Positions 1 to 9,361 of a DNA stretch of 64,000 bases are shown piece by piece. The notes under the pieces were generated by a model, which worked only from the letters and a program-made list of their open reading frames with translations, did no database searches and was not told the origin of the DNA. Source of the stretch: Chlorobium sp. (GTDB taxonomy: Bacteria > Bacteroidota > Chlorobiia > Chlorobiales > Chlorobiaceae); assembly GCF_021740465.1 (NCBI RefSeq), contig NZ_JAIOZR010000001.1, positions 88,800-152,799 on the forward strand, written 5' to 3'. Numbering within the stretch: position 1 is the stretch's first letter; every line of letters starts with the position of its first letter. Both the position numbers and the translations under genes were made by a program.

Positions 1-2686
1 TGTTGAAAAGCGTCGAGCGACTGTCGAGATAGTGCAGGGTCATCTCGGTTACCGGCGAGGAGTGCTTGAACCCCCTTCCGGCAAGCAGTTCGCGCTCGAG
101 TACGGAAACTTCTCCGGTATCGATATCGACCGGACAGGGTTTCAGGCATTTATGGCAGATAGTACAATGATCGGCAACCTCGTCGAGCCACTGGAGCAGT
201 TCGAAATCGGTGGAACGCTCCCGCTGGGCATCGAAGAGCAGTGCCTCGATTAGCGAGCCGATAGCAAGATTCTTGTTGCGGGGATGGTAGAACATGCCCC
301 GGGCCGGGTAGTAGACGCAGCAGTCAGTTTTGCACTTTCCACACCGGATGCAGTAATCGACTTTTTTGGAAAGCTCCTCGATCTTGGCACGTTTGAGAAT
401 ATGCGCTTCCAGCTCGAGCAGATTGAAGGATGGCGTGAAGATATGGCCGAGCACCTCCATATCCTCGAGCTTTCCCGGATTCATGAGCCCCCTGGGATCG
501 ATTTTCCGGCGGTATCGAACAAGTTCGTCAACAATGGCGGCATCCAGATATTTCAGCTTGGTGACACCGATGCCGTGCTCGCCCGAAACTACGCCACCGA
601 GAAAGACAACCTTTTCCATCACCTGATCGACCACCTTGTCGGCCCTATCGAGCATCACCCGGTCGTTGGAGAGCACGGGTATATTCACATGCACGTTGCC
701 GTCGCCGGCATGCATGTGGGTGGCGATGGCAATCCTGCTGTTCCGGATATAGTGGTTGGCCTGCTCCACCGCGCCCTGGATTTTCGGGTAACCCTGCAGA
801 AGCTCGGAAAGCTCCCCGGAAAGTTCATGCAGAATCGCCAGGGAACGCAGCGATTCGTCCGACGCATCAAGCACCCTCCTGCGGAACTCGCCGCAGAGCT
901 CCAGACCAGTGGGCACTTTGGAGGCGAACTGCCCGCCGTCTTCGTTCACTCTGGCGGTTTGCAGGATCTCCGAGGCCCGCTCGATGAAACGGAGCTGCGA
1001 GTAGCGCTCTTCGGCGGTATTGAGATGGTCGATGAAGCGCGCGAATTCGGCAAGCGCCTCAAGAGGAATGACGATATCCTCGTTCAGTTTGAAAGCGTTG
1101 GTACGTCGGGCGATGGCGCTGAGCTTCTTGCGGTCGGCCCAGAAGCGCACCGACTCGGCATTGTCGCGGGCCAGGAACATGAGGGTGTTCGGGTGGTGTT
1201 CGAGCAGGGCCCCTACCCGGTCAATGCCCCGCTGTACTTCAGAGGGAGTGCGGGCGGCAATGTCAATCAGGAGCACGGCCTTAGGAGTCTGGGGACGCGG
1301 AGCCTTCACCTTGTAATCGATAGCCCTCACGTATTCGTCGTCGAAGTGTTCAAGCGCGAGCAGCGCCTCTTCGTCGTTGAACGGCAGAGGGAAAATCTTC
1401 GACAGCTCCACAATCACCCTGCTGGCTTCGTCCATATCCTGGCCGAAAAACTCCAGGCAGAGCGTCCTCTTTTCGGGATACTGCCTGTAGAGCACAAACA
1501 CTGCGGAGGTGATCACCCCGTCGGTTCCCTCCTTCTGCAATCCCGGAACTCCGCCGAGAGCCTTGTTGGTAATGTCCTTCCAGAGCCCTTTTTTCCGGAT
1601 ATCGGTTCCGCGAAGCTCAATCCTCTCAAGCCTTTTTCCGCTTTCATCGAGCACTTCGAAAGAGAGCGTGTCCTCATGCAGGATTTTACGCAGTTGGTGA
1701 TCGGTCCGCCTGATTGTCCAGCGCTCTCCCGAAGGCATTGCCATGCGCCATTCGAGAAGGTTGTCGATGCAGGTACCCCAGCGCACGGCCATCTTGCCGC
1801 CGGCATTCTCGGCGATGTTGCCACCCACCGTACACGACCATTCGCTGGTCGGATCGGTCGCGAAAACCAGCCCTTGTTCTTCGGCTTCGTGCATGGCCTT
1901 TTCGGTAACGACGCCTGCCTCGAGCTCTATGACCGGAGCCTGACGCACGGAGCCGTCGTCCAGACGGAAATCGCGCATGGATATGCCCCGGCTCCGATTC
2001 AGCTTCTCCATATTTATGATGACACAGCGCGAACGGAGCGGAACCGCGCCGCCGGTGAGCCCGGTACCCGCACCGCGGGGAATGATCTTGAGCCCGAGAT
2101 TGGCGATGGCCGTAATGAGCGGAGCCACCTGCTGTTCCTCTGAGGGAGTCACGACGGCAACGGGAAGATGCAGTCGCCAGTCGGTAGCGTCGGTCGCATG
2201 GGCAGCAAGGGAGAAGGGATCGAACAGCACGTTTTTCACCCCAACCACAGCACCGAGCTCCCGCTTGAGCCTGCGGCGCAGTTCGGGAGTGTTCTCCACT
2301 GCCGTGCGGAAGCGGTCAAGCTGTTCACGTACGGCAGCAACCACGGTAATCACGCGAGTTTCGCCGTTTGCGGAGTTTGCGATGATATCGAGATCCTTTG
2401 CAGCACGTTCGAAGAGGCGCTGGCGGCGCTGCGGCGAATCCACCAGTTCCTGGAACAGGTAGGGATTGCGCCGGTGAATGAGAATTTCACCGATACTGCT
2501 CATGAGCAGGCGAGCCGAACGACCGGTAACCCTGTGTTCGCGAAGCTCGTCGAGCGTTCTTACAATATCGCGACCAAGCAGCGAGGCAATAGCCTGCCTG
2601 TCGTCAGCAGAAGTATAGTTGAATGGTATTTCCCTTGGAACAGCATGCGAAAGCTTTGCTGTTTCGGGGCCGGTAGTTAGCATCAT
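1..2686 (-). CDS. FAD-linked oxidase (GlcD-like) fused to a C-terminal Fe-S domain; the C-terminal end runs off the window start
   Basis: Missing from the ORF track because it stays open to position 1. My minus-strand translation from the ATG at 2686 gives MMLTTGPETAKLSHAVPREIPFNYTSADD...LKIIPRGAGTGLTGGAVP (FAD-binding type). In the same frame near 300-361 it gives VDYCIRCGKCKTDCCVYYP (CxxCxxCxxxC). The plus-strand ORF 284..2143 is its antisense shadow. Confidence 0.8.
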   Translation of the reverse strand, partial: MMLTTGPETAKLSHAVPREIPFNYTSADDRQAIASLLGRDIVRTLDELREHRVTGRSARLLMSSIGEILIHRRNPYLFQELVDSPQRRQRLFERAAKDLDIIANSANGETRVITVVAAVREQLDRFRTAVENTPELRRRLKRELGAVVGVKNVLFDPFSLAAHATDATDWRLHLPVAVVTPSEEQQVAPLITAIANLGLKIIPRGAGTGLTGGAVPLRSRCVIINMEKLNRSRGISMRDFRLDDGSVRQAPVIELEAGVVTEKAMHEAEEQGLVFATDPTSEWSCTVGGNIAENAGGKMAVRWGTCIDNLLEWRMAMPSGERWTIRRTDHQLRKILHEDTLSFEVLDESGKRLERIELRGTDIRKKGLWKDITNKALGGVPGLQKEGTDGVITSAVFVLYRQYPEKRTLCLEFFGQDMDEASRVIVELSKIFPLPFNDEEALLALEHFDDEYVRAIDYKVKAPRPQTPKAVLLIDIAARTPSEVQRGIDRVGALLEHHPNTLMFLARDNAESVRFWADRKKLSAIARRTNAFKLNEDIVIPLEALAEFARFIDHLNTAEERYSQLRFIERASEILQTARVNEDGGQFASKVPTGLELCGEFRRRVLDASDESLRSLAILHELSGELSELLQGYPKIQGAVEQANHYIRNSRIAIATHMHAGDGNVHVNIPVLSNDRVMLDRADKVVDQVMEKVVFLGGVVSGEHGIGVTKLKYLDAAIVDELVRYRRKIDPRGLMNPGKLEDMEVLGHIFTPSFNLLELEAHILKRAKIEELSKKVDYCIRCGKCKTDCCVYYPARGMFYHPRNKNLAIGSLIEALLFDAQRERSTDFELLQWLDEVADHCTICHKCLKPCPVDIDTGEVSVLERELLAGRGFKHSSPVTEMTLHYLDSRSTLFN

Positions 2687-2961
2687 GCTGATAAAACCTT
2701 TTCAAATCCTTGATCGTCGCCTCTCTTCACCCTGCAGAGGTTTTTTGACGACTGGAAAGTACAAATATTTTCAATTCCAACTCCAACCGGAAACCGGAAA
2801 GAGCTGCCAACGGATTGATTTGCAATCCGATAACCTTACAAACCTTTTTGAGCTGTTGAGAATTCCGCAAGAGGAAACCTGCCGGAGGCAAGAGAAGCGA
2901 AATCGATGCCGCGGCATCCTGCAGCTGAAAGTGCTGCGGGAAACCGCGGAGAATCATTTCG

Positions 2962-4197
2962 TTACCGGGCGAAATCGACATACTGCCCGTCGGCGAACGG
3001 AACCAGCCTGACGATACCATCGGGGCTTTCCCTGTTAAGCCACTGGATGAAATCACTCTGTTTCCATTCCTCAAACTTGCCCGGAAAAGCGCCTGCATCG
3101 GGATACATCCTTATGAATCGCTTGAACATTTCGATGGTAAACGCGGTTTCGGCTCCGTTGGGCTCATAGGTTTCCACACCGGGGCAGAGCGTGCACTTCG
3201 AGGGGTTGTCGGCCTGCTTGCACAGCTCGCTCTTTTCGGTGAGATAGCCGCAGTGGGCGCCTTTTTCGATACGGGCGACCGATGACCAGCTTTCGGGAGA
3301 AAAGAGCTGGGTGAACTGGGTTGCGGTGCCTGCGGTAGGCGACCAGGAGGGTGGATTGGAGCTCTCCAGAGTGGCGCAGTCGCACTGGCCAACCACCATC
3401 AGTTCCGGCATCCCGGTTCGGGAGAGGATTTTGCGGTACGGTTCCATGCCGGGTGCAATGAGCGGGATCTTCATATCCACCGGTGAGAGCTGCAAGAGGC
3501 CGACAGGGTTGGCCCTGTCTTCCGGTTTCCACTTTTCCATCCGTTCGGAATATGCGGGAAGGAACTCGCGGTCATAAATCACCGGATTGAAAGGACGGAA
3601 GTTTTTTCCGCCGAGTTTCCGCAGATTCTCGAAACCTGTCGCAGCGGCCTGGGCATGCGCTCCGCCGACGGAATGGCCGGCAAAAATGACATTGTTACCC
3701 TTCATGAAGCGGGTCCTGTTGAGAATCTCACGGTCATGAATACTGCGGGTACTGTTGTGCTCGTCTATTTTATAGAACTCGTCCGTAGCCCCGTATTTGA
3801 TGAGATAGGAAGCAGCGGCGTATGCCTCCTGCCCCACTCTCGGGTTCCCTCCCAGATCGACCCACGGTATGAGAGCCGACTGCATGTGTGCGGCGGTAAC
3901 GAACCCCATGGCCCAGTTCCTTTCAACGATAGCCTCGCTGTAGTTGTAATACGAAGAGGGATTGATGCCGAAAAGCGGGTTATCGTTCAGAAGCGCTCCG
4001 GCAACCTTCTTCGGATAGAAAAGAAGATCGTTGCCGATCAGAAAGCCGTGGCTGAACATAACAAGCCCGTTGGCGTCCCTGTTTTTCGGGTAGAACACTT
4101 CAATAACCAGTTCGACGAACTGCGGAACCAGCCAGTCGTACTGAACCCAGATGTGAACGCGGTCGAAACAGTAGTTGTTGATGCAGATCGGCTTCAT
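2962..4197 (-). CDS. alpha/beta-fold hydrolase, Cys-rich C-terminal part
   Basis: 411-aa ORF with the nucleophile elbow FAGHSVGGAH (GxSxG). The C-terminal third has several Cys (QCDCAT, HCGY, LCKQADNPSKCTLCPG). It lies 70 nt downstream of the Nif11-like ORF on the same strand. Confidence 0.7.
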   Translation of the reverse strand: MKPICINNYCFDRVHIWVQYDWLVPQFVELVIEVFYPKNRDANGLVMFSHGFLIGNDLLFYPKKVAGALLNDNPLFGINPSSYYNYSEAIVERNWAMGFVTAAHMQSALIPWVDLGGNPRVGQEAYAAASYLIKYGATDEFYKIDEHNSTRSIHDREILNRTRFMKGNNVIFAGHSVGGAHAQAAATGFENLRKLGGKNFRPFNPVIYDREFLPAYSERMEKWKPEDRANPVGLLQLSPVDMKIPLIAPGMEPYRKILSRTGMPELMVVGQCDCATLESSNPPSWSPTAGTATQFTQLFSPESWSSVARIEKGAHCGYLTEKSELCKQADNPSKCTLCPGVETYEPNGAETAFTIEMFKRFIRMYPDAGAFPGKFEEWKQSDFIQWLNRESPDGIVRLVPFADGQYVDFAR

Positions 4198-4266
4198 GAC
4201 AATGGTATTGAGGCGTTAATAGGGGTTAACAGGGAAAAAGGGAACCGGAACGCTGAAAGCCACCGT

Positions 4267-4530
4267 TCAATGCCAGAGACCCCCGCCGCAACGTCTGCCG
4301 CGCAGGGGCGTCCGGTCATTTTCAACATCACAGAACCATCCGGCAACATGGCCGAGAGCCCCGGGAGGCAGAACCGATTTTGCCGCTTCGAGTTCTTCTT
4401 CGGTAAAATCATAACCGGCAGCGCTGACCAGCTCGCGACGCTTTTCGGCAAGCTGCCGCACCAGATTGTCGCGAAAATCCTCCTCTTCGGTCAGCTGTAC
4501 AAGAAATTGCCTTGCGGATTCTATTGACAT
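4267..4530 (-). CDS. Nif11-like leader-domain peptide (possible RiPP precursor)
   Basis: The 87-aa ORF starts MSIESARQFLVQLTEEEDFRDNLVRQLAEKRRELVSAAGYDFTEEELEAA, which matches the Nif11 N-terminal domain pattern. It is followed by GHVAG and a 23-aa tail, WFCDVENDRTPLRGRRCGGGLWH. Confidence 0.6.
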   Translation of the reverse strand: MSIESARQFLVQLTEEEDFRDNLVRQLAEKRRELVSAAGYDFTEEELEAAKSVLPPGALGHVAGWFCDVENDRTPLRGRRCGGGLWH

Positions 4531-4631
4531 GCCTCTGTCTCCTTTTAGGGTTTGGTAAAAACAAACAGTCGGGGTAAAGGGTACCGCCTGTTGTCAATAT
4601 CGGCAAAACAGGGCAGTAATCATAACCACGC

Positions 4632-5390
4632 CTAAAGTCTCGCGCCCCCGGAAATCTCGAGAATCTGACCGGTTATGAAGGATGCGTCGTCCGAAGCGAG
4701 AAACAGCGCTGCTTTTGCAACATCTATAGGGCGGGCAACCCGTTTGAGAGGATAACGGGAAGCGCACTCCCTGGACAAGGCTTCCCAGCGTTCGGAACCG
4801 AGAGCTTTCCGGAATACGGGAACATCGACAAGAGCCGGAGCAAGGGCATTGACGGTGATATTGCTCTGGCCGAGCGACAGGGCAAGGGAACGGGTAAATG
4901 AGGCAATGCCACCCTTGGCCGCAGCATAGGAAAACTGCTGCTCGGCACCCCGGTAAACCAGAGAACTCATGTTGACGATCCGTCCGTACTTTCGGGGCTG
5001 CATGATTTTGACGGCCTCCCGGCAGGAGAGCATGCACGACCTGAGATTGAGCGAAAGGTTCCGGTCTATCGCCTCGCTGCTGATCGAGTCGGCCCCGGAA
5101 AAGGGATCGAGATCGCCCCCGGCGATGTTTACAAGAATATCGAGCCGGCCTTCCGTTTTGCGTATCGCCGCAAACAGGTCGACAATCTCTTCTTCACTGA
5201 TCACATCCGCTCCGGCAGCCCATGCCTTGCCGTCATGCTCCCTGATCTCGCGGCATACGGTTTGGCAACCGTCGAGATCGATATCGCTCAGCACAAGAGT
5301 GGCGCCCTCTTCGGCAAAACAGAGCGCAACAGCGCTCCCGATGCCCCCTGCCGCTCCCGTGATGAGCGCCGTTTTACCCCTGAGCCTCAT
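4632..5390 (-). CDS. SDR-family oxidoreductase (FabG-like)
   Basis: TGAAGGIGSA cofactor motif near the N-terminus, NIAG, and the YAAAKGG catalytic Y-x3-K. Length 252 aa. Confidence 0.9.
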   Translation of the reverse strand: MRLRGKTALITGAAGGIGSAVALCFAEEGATLVLSDIDLDGCQTVCREIREHDGKAWAAGADVISEEEIVDLFAAIRKTEGRLDILVNIAGGDLDPFSGADSISSEAIDRNLSLNLRSCMLSCREAVKIMQPRKYGRIVNMSSLVYRGAEQQFSYAAAKGGIASFTRSLALSLGQSNITVNALAPALVDVPVFRKALGSERWEALSRECASRYPLKRVARPIDVAKAALFLASDDASFITGQILEISGGARL

Positions 5391-5409
5391 GATTGTGTTC
5401 TCCTCTGTG

Positions 5410-6252
5410 TCACTCGTGGTTGGCGAAGAGCTTGAAGCCCATGAGACTGGTCATGGACTGGACGGCACAGTTGATACGGCCGATAAACATATCCAGATCC
5501 GTTACTTCATGGCTTTTGTCGGAAGCTGCCTGTTCCATGAACTCGAGAAACTGGCTGTGGCGCAGCTCCCCTATTCTCGACGACCAGGAAAGGTTCGATA
5601 TCCGGAAGGCGCAGAGTGGTTCATCGATCATGTAAAGATCGCCGTGCTTGAGCAGCTGCATCCAGAAATCAAGATCGATGGTATAGGGTACAACGGCGCT
5701 GTAGCCGCTTATTTTCCTGATAAGTTCAGCCGGATAGAGGCCACAGACCGGCTCTCCGATGATGTTGGTGCCCATACGGATCATCTTTCTGATCACATCG
5801 ACCGGATCGATGCGGCCACCGGACATGAAGTTGACTTTTTTTATGAGCGGTTTGCCTTCGGGATCGATGATCGTTCGCTGGCAGCTGACAAGGCTGACCC
5901 CTGCATGCACAGGATTTTCAAGTACAGCGACCTGCTTTTCAAGGCATTCGGGAAAAAGGATATCGTCGCCGCATACCAGCTTGACATAACGGCCCCTGAC
6001 GTCGCTGATCGAGCGGTTCCAGTTTTTCTCGGGCCCGAGATTTACCTGGCTCCGAAAAATCTTTATACGGGAATCGAAAAACGATGCGGCAATTTCCAGT
6101 GAATCGTCGGTTGAATGATCGTCATAAATCAAAAGTTCGAAATCGGTGAAAGACTGCCCGAGAATCGATCGGATGGTATCGCCGATAAAACGGGAGTTAT
6201 TGTACATAGGTACAGCGACCGACACCACTGGCCGGTTATGGGAAAACATCAT
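5410..6252 (-). CDS. family 2 glycosyltransferase
   Basis: [42 protein letters not shown] is a classic GT2 N-terminal signature. Length 280 aa. Confidence 0.85.
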   Translation of the reverse strand: MMFSHNRPVVSVAVPMYNNSRFIGDTIRSILGQSFTDFELLIYDDHSTDDSLEIAASFFDSRIKIFRSQVNLGPEKNWNRSISDVRGRYVKLVCGDDILFPECLEKQVAVLENPVHAGVSLVSCQRTIIDPEGKPLIKKVNFMSGGRIDPVDVIRKMIRMGTNIIGEPVCGLYPAELIRKISGYSAVVPYTIDLDFWMQLLKHGDLYMIDEPLCAFRISNLSWSSRIGELRHSQFLEFMEQAASDKSHEVTDLDMFIGRINCAVQSMTSLMGFKLFANHE

Positions 6253-6288
6253 AATACCTCCATAAAAACAGCTCTTAAGCCATCAGGC

Positions 6289-7554
6289 TTACTCATGAAT
6301 AAATACGGCATCATGCCGTCCGCACCACTCCCGATTGGCCTTTTTGCCGGTATCGAGGATGGTAGAACCGGAAACCTTCACGCCGTTAAGACGCGCCCGG
6401 CTGAGATTTGCCCGCCAGAGGTTCACACCGGAAAGATCGGCTCCGCCCAGATCGGCCTTTTCAAGATTCGCTTCACGCATATCGCACCCCGAGAGATCGG
6501 CGTTCCGAAGATCGGCATCGAAAAGATCGGTTTTCCTGAAACTTGCGCCCTGCAGCTTCGCATGGGCAAGATCGGCGTAACTGAGGTTTTTCTGATCGAA
6601 CTTCGCTTCACGGAGATTTACCTCCATCGACCGGTCACGCTTGCGCATATCGTTCCAGGCGAATACCCCGGATTTCAGTTTTTTGTAGAGCACCTGATCA
6701 TAGAGGACAGTGGCGCCGGAACCGGACATGCGCCACAGGTTCCCTTTCGATCCTGTTTTCCCGGACTCAGGATTTTTGTCCTTTCCTGATCCGGCAGGAA
6801 AAGCCTGGCGGGCATCAGCCCCTCCGGCAACAACCGGAGCGGGTTTGGGCGCATCGTCGATAAACTCCGCGCGATGCTCCGATGCCCATGCCTGAGAGGC
6901 ATAGCTGCCGGAAGCCAGCACCGTGGAGGACGAAACCCTGATACCGCTGATGTCCGACCTGCTCATGTCGGCCCTCCAGAGGTAAGCCGCGCGGAGATCC
7001 GCACCGGTGAGCAGTGCGCCGGCAAGCCTCGCTTCACGAAAATTCGTCTCCTGAAGATCGGCGCCACTGAAATCGGCACCGGAGCAGTCTGCTTTTTTGA
7101 GTACCGCGGTCTGCATAAAGGCGCCTTTGAGCGACGCTACCTCAAGCACGGCGTCTTCAAGATCGGCATTAGGAAGCCTCGCTCCGTCCAGTGAAGCCCC
7201 GACCAGCATTGCCGAATGCAGCACGGCCGAGTCGAGTCGGGCATGATCGAGCCTGGCCTTGCTGAGATCGGCACTGGCGAGATCGGCGCCGGAAAGATCG
7301 GCCTTGCTCAAGTCCGCACCCCTCAGGTTCATGCCTTTGAGGCGGGCTCCGGAAAGATCGGCAACACGTCCCGAAAGCCCTGTCCTGTAACTGTTCCATG
7401 ATTTCACTCCAGCTTTCAGCGCATGGAAATCGGCGGCATTGAATGCCGAAGCCGGAACGGACGAAAGCGGCACAAGAGTGCAGAAAAGAAGAAGCGGACG
7501 GATATGACGACGGGTATTACTTTGCATGTGTCTCAAGTGTTGTAAGGGTTTCAC
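6289..7554 (-). CDS. secreted pentapeptide-repeat protein (two repeat blocks)
   Basis: Signal-like N-terminus (RPLLLFCTLVPLSSVPASA). Long runs of A(D/N)LxG-type pentapeptides (ADLSGARLKGMNLRGADLSKADLSGADLASADLSKARL...). The start may be the internal Met at 7527. Confidence 0.85.
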   Translation of the reverse strand: MKPLQHLRHMQSNTRRHIRPLLLFCTLVPLSSVPASAFNAADFHALKAGVKSWNSYRTGLSGRVADLSGARLKGMNLRGADLSKADLSGADLASADLSKARLDHARLDSAVLHSAMLVGASLDGARLPNADLEDAVLEVASLKGAFMQTAVLKKADCSGADFSGADLQETNFREARLAGALLTGADLRAAYLWRADMSRSDISGIRVSSSTVLASGSYASQAWASEHRAEFIDDAPKPAPVVAGGADARQAFPAGSGKDKNPESGKTGSKGNLWRMSGSGATVLYDQVLYKKLKSGVFAWNDMRKRDRSMEVNLREAKFDQKNLSYADLAHAKLQGASFRKTDLFDADLRNADLSGCDMREANLEKADLGGADLSGVNLWRANLSRARLNGVKVSGSTILDTGKKANREWCGRHDAVFIHE

Positions 7555-8827
7555 GGTAAAACTCCGTTTTGAGATTTTTCAGCAGGTAAGCCACACAGCA
7601 CCCGAAAACCACTCCCGCACTTCCGAGCAGTATATCGTTGTCGAGAAAAAACCCGAGCAGCACCCCGGTCGACGAGAGTAGCATGAGCGAAAGCTGCCTG
7701 AATGCCTTTTTCATGGTTATGGTGTCGAGCAACGCCGACAAAGCCTGTTCGCTTCTGAGCTTCTCAAGCGAACCGGTTCTGAGGATCGAGGGAATGACGA
7801 TGTAGATCATGCCGATAAAGGAAAAAGTGATCCATCCGAGCAGGGCCGCATGGGTATGCGAGTGATAGATCCACATTTTATCGATGCGGATAGGAGGATG
7901 ATAACCGAAAGGAATCCCCTTGATGTAATAAATGTTCATGATGCCGAATGCACTGGTTGCGAAAAGCAGGGCCAGACCGCTCAGAAGAAAAGCAAGCGCC
8001 GGATGGTGAAAGCTTGCTTTGAAAAAGTTGTAGAGATAGAGGGCGAACCCCCCGAGCAATGCCATGACACCGAAAAGAAGAATGTGGCTGACCAGCATCA
8101 TGCCGAAATAATGGCCGATGAGAATAACGATGAGAAAAATCAGGACGCCCCCGACGAAAATATAAAACCAGAGGCTGAAAAGGGTTTTGATCAGCTCTCT
8201 TTTCGATGAGTCTCTCCATGCATAGGTATAGAGAAATCCCATGACGCTGATGCTAAGGGGAAACGAGGAGCCGAGAAAATAGGATGACTGGGTGACGAAA
8301 AACGGAATGAGGCCGCTTTCGGGAAAGGCCTCTTTCAGGCCGAGGGTAAAGAGCCCGAGATTGGCATTGAGCAGAAAAAGCACATCGAAAATGTAGTAGC
8401 GCACGGAAACCTCTTTCCAGATTTTTCCGACGGAAAGCGTCGTGAATATCTCGCGAAGCGGGCCGGAAACGAGGATCATGAGGAAAAGCCCTGTTGCGGC
8501 TTTCAGCAGGGGCCATTCCATGAAAACGGCGACGGTAATGGCAACAAGCGCCAGCAGCACGGAAATGATATAACGCATCTGTTTCGCCGGATCGACGACC
8601 AGCTCGGGATAGATGGTGGCTGTCAGGTAGCGGTTGAAGAGCAGAATGGCGAGATTGCCGAAGCCGATGAAAAAGATGTACGGGTGGATGCGGTAAAGAA
8701 AGGGGTTTCCGGTGAAGGCCCCTGCTGCGCCGAGAAAAGCCGCAACGGCTATAACGGCTACCGAGACGGTAAAAAAACGCTTTACGACCCTTTCTAACGG
8801 GCTGTCGGATTGGTGGAGGTGGTCCAT
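7517..8827 (-). CDS. polytopic integral membrane protein, unknown function
   Basis: 436-aa ORF that is hydrophobic throughout, with at least 10 predicted helices by eye. It has the His cluster MWIYHSHTHAALLGW. No family recognised. Confidence 0.65.
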   Translation of the reverse strand: MDHLHQSDSPLERVVKRFFTVSVAVIAVAAFLGAAGAFTGNPFLYRIHPYIFFIGFGNLAILLFNRYLTATIYPELVVDPAKQMRYIISVLLALVAITVAVFMEWPLLKAATGLFLMILVSGPLREIFTTLSVGKIWKEVSVRYYIFDVLFLLNANLGLFTLGLKEAFPESGLIPFFVTQSSYFLGSSFPLSISVMGFLYTYAWRDSSKRELIKTLFSLWFYIFVGGVLIFLIVILIGHYFGMMLVSHILLFGVMALLGGFALYLYNFFKASFHHPALAFLLSGLALLFATSAFGIMNIYYIKGIPFGYHPPIRIDKMWIYHSHTHAALLGWITFSFIGMIYIVIPSILRTGSLEKLRSEQALSALLDTITMKKAFRQLSLMLLSSTGVLLGFFLDNDILLGSAGVVFGCCVAYLLKNLKTEFYRETLTTLETHAK

Positions 8828-8843
8828 GAAGATCGGATTTTCG

Positions 8844-9236
8844 TCAGTTTTTCATTTTTTTCAACTCAGCGATCGCAACAAGCGAAAGCGCGATGAGCGA
8901 GACATTGAGCGTCAGAGGATTGAACGGCTCGGTAAAAAGCTGCGGCTCGAAGAGCAGCACAAAGATCAACAACGAAAAAAGTACGGCGATGTTGAGATGG
9001 AATATCCATATCCGCCGGGTCGCAAGCAGCAGGAAGCCGAAAACGATCTCTCCTGCGCCCATCCAGCTCACCGCCATGCATGCCCACTGGTATACAGGAA
9101 TAACATGGCCGAGAAGATCGGTCTCTCCGTCGCTTCTGCACACAAGCTTGGGGACCGCCCCCTGGTAGATCCATGAAAACGCAAGGGCAAGCCGGCTGAA
9201 AAGCATTACGCTGCCCTGTTCCGCAAATAATTTCAT
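8844..9236 (-). CDS. small membrane protein, DoxX-like
   Basis: Four hydrophobic segments. The start is placed at MKLFAEQG (ATG at 9236) rather than the track start at 9275. The family call is tentative. Confidence 0.55.
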   Translation of the reverse strand: MKLFAEQGSVMLFSRLALAFSWIYQGAVPKLVCRSDGETDLLGHVIPVYQWACMAVSWMGAGEIVFGFLLLATRRIWIFHLNIAVLFSLLIFVLLFEPQLFTEPFNPLTLNVSLIALSLVAIAELKKMKN

Positions 9237-9361
9237 ACTTCGCAACGATAGTGAAAACGTAATCCTATACTGCAAGATAACAGTTCAGTCGTAAAGGAAT
9301 CATATAACGGCGGTTAATAAAAAACATCAGATAAAGAGCATCCGTGCCTGGAGGCTTTTTT

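Noticed and set aside
284-2143. 619-aa plus-strand ORF, the longest in the first 3 kb
   Set aside because: It is an antisense shadow of the FAD/Fe-S oxidase gene, with a low-complexity Gly/Arg/His-rich translation and no motif. The minus-strand frame carries clear FAD-binding and CxxCxxCxxxC motifs and stays open to the window edge.
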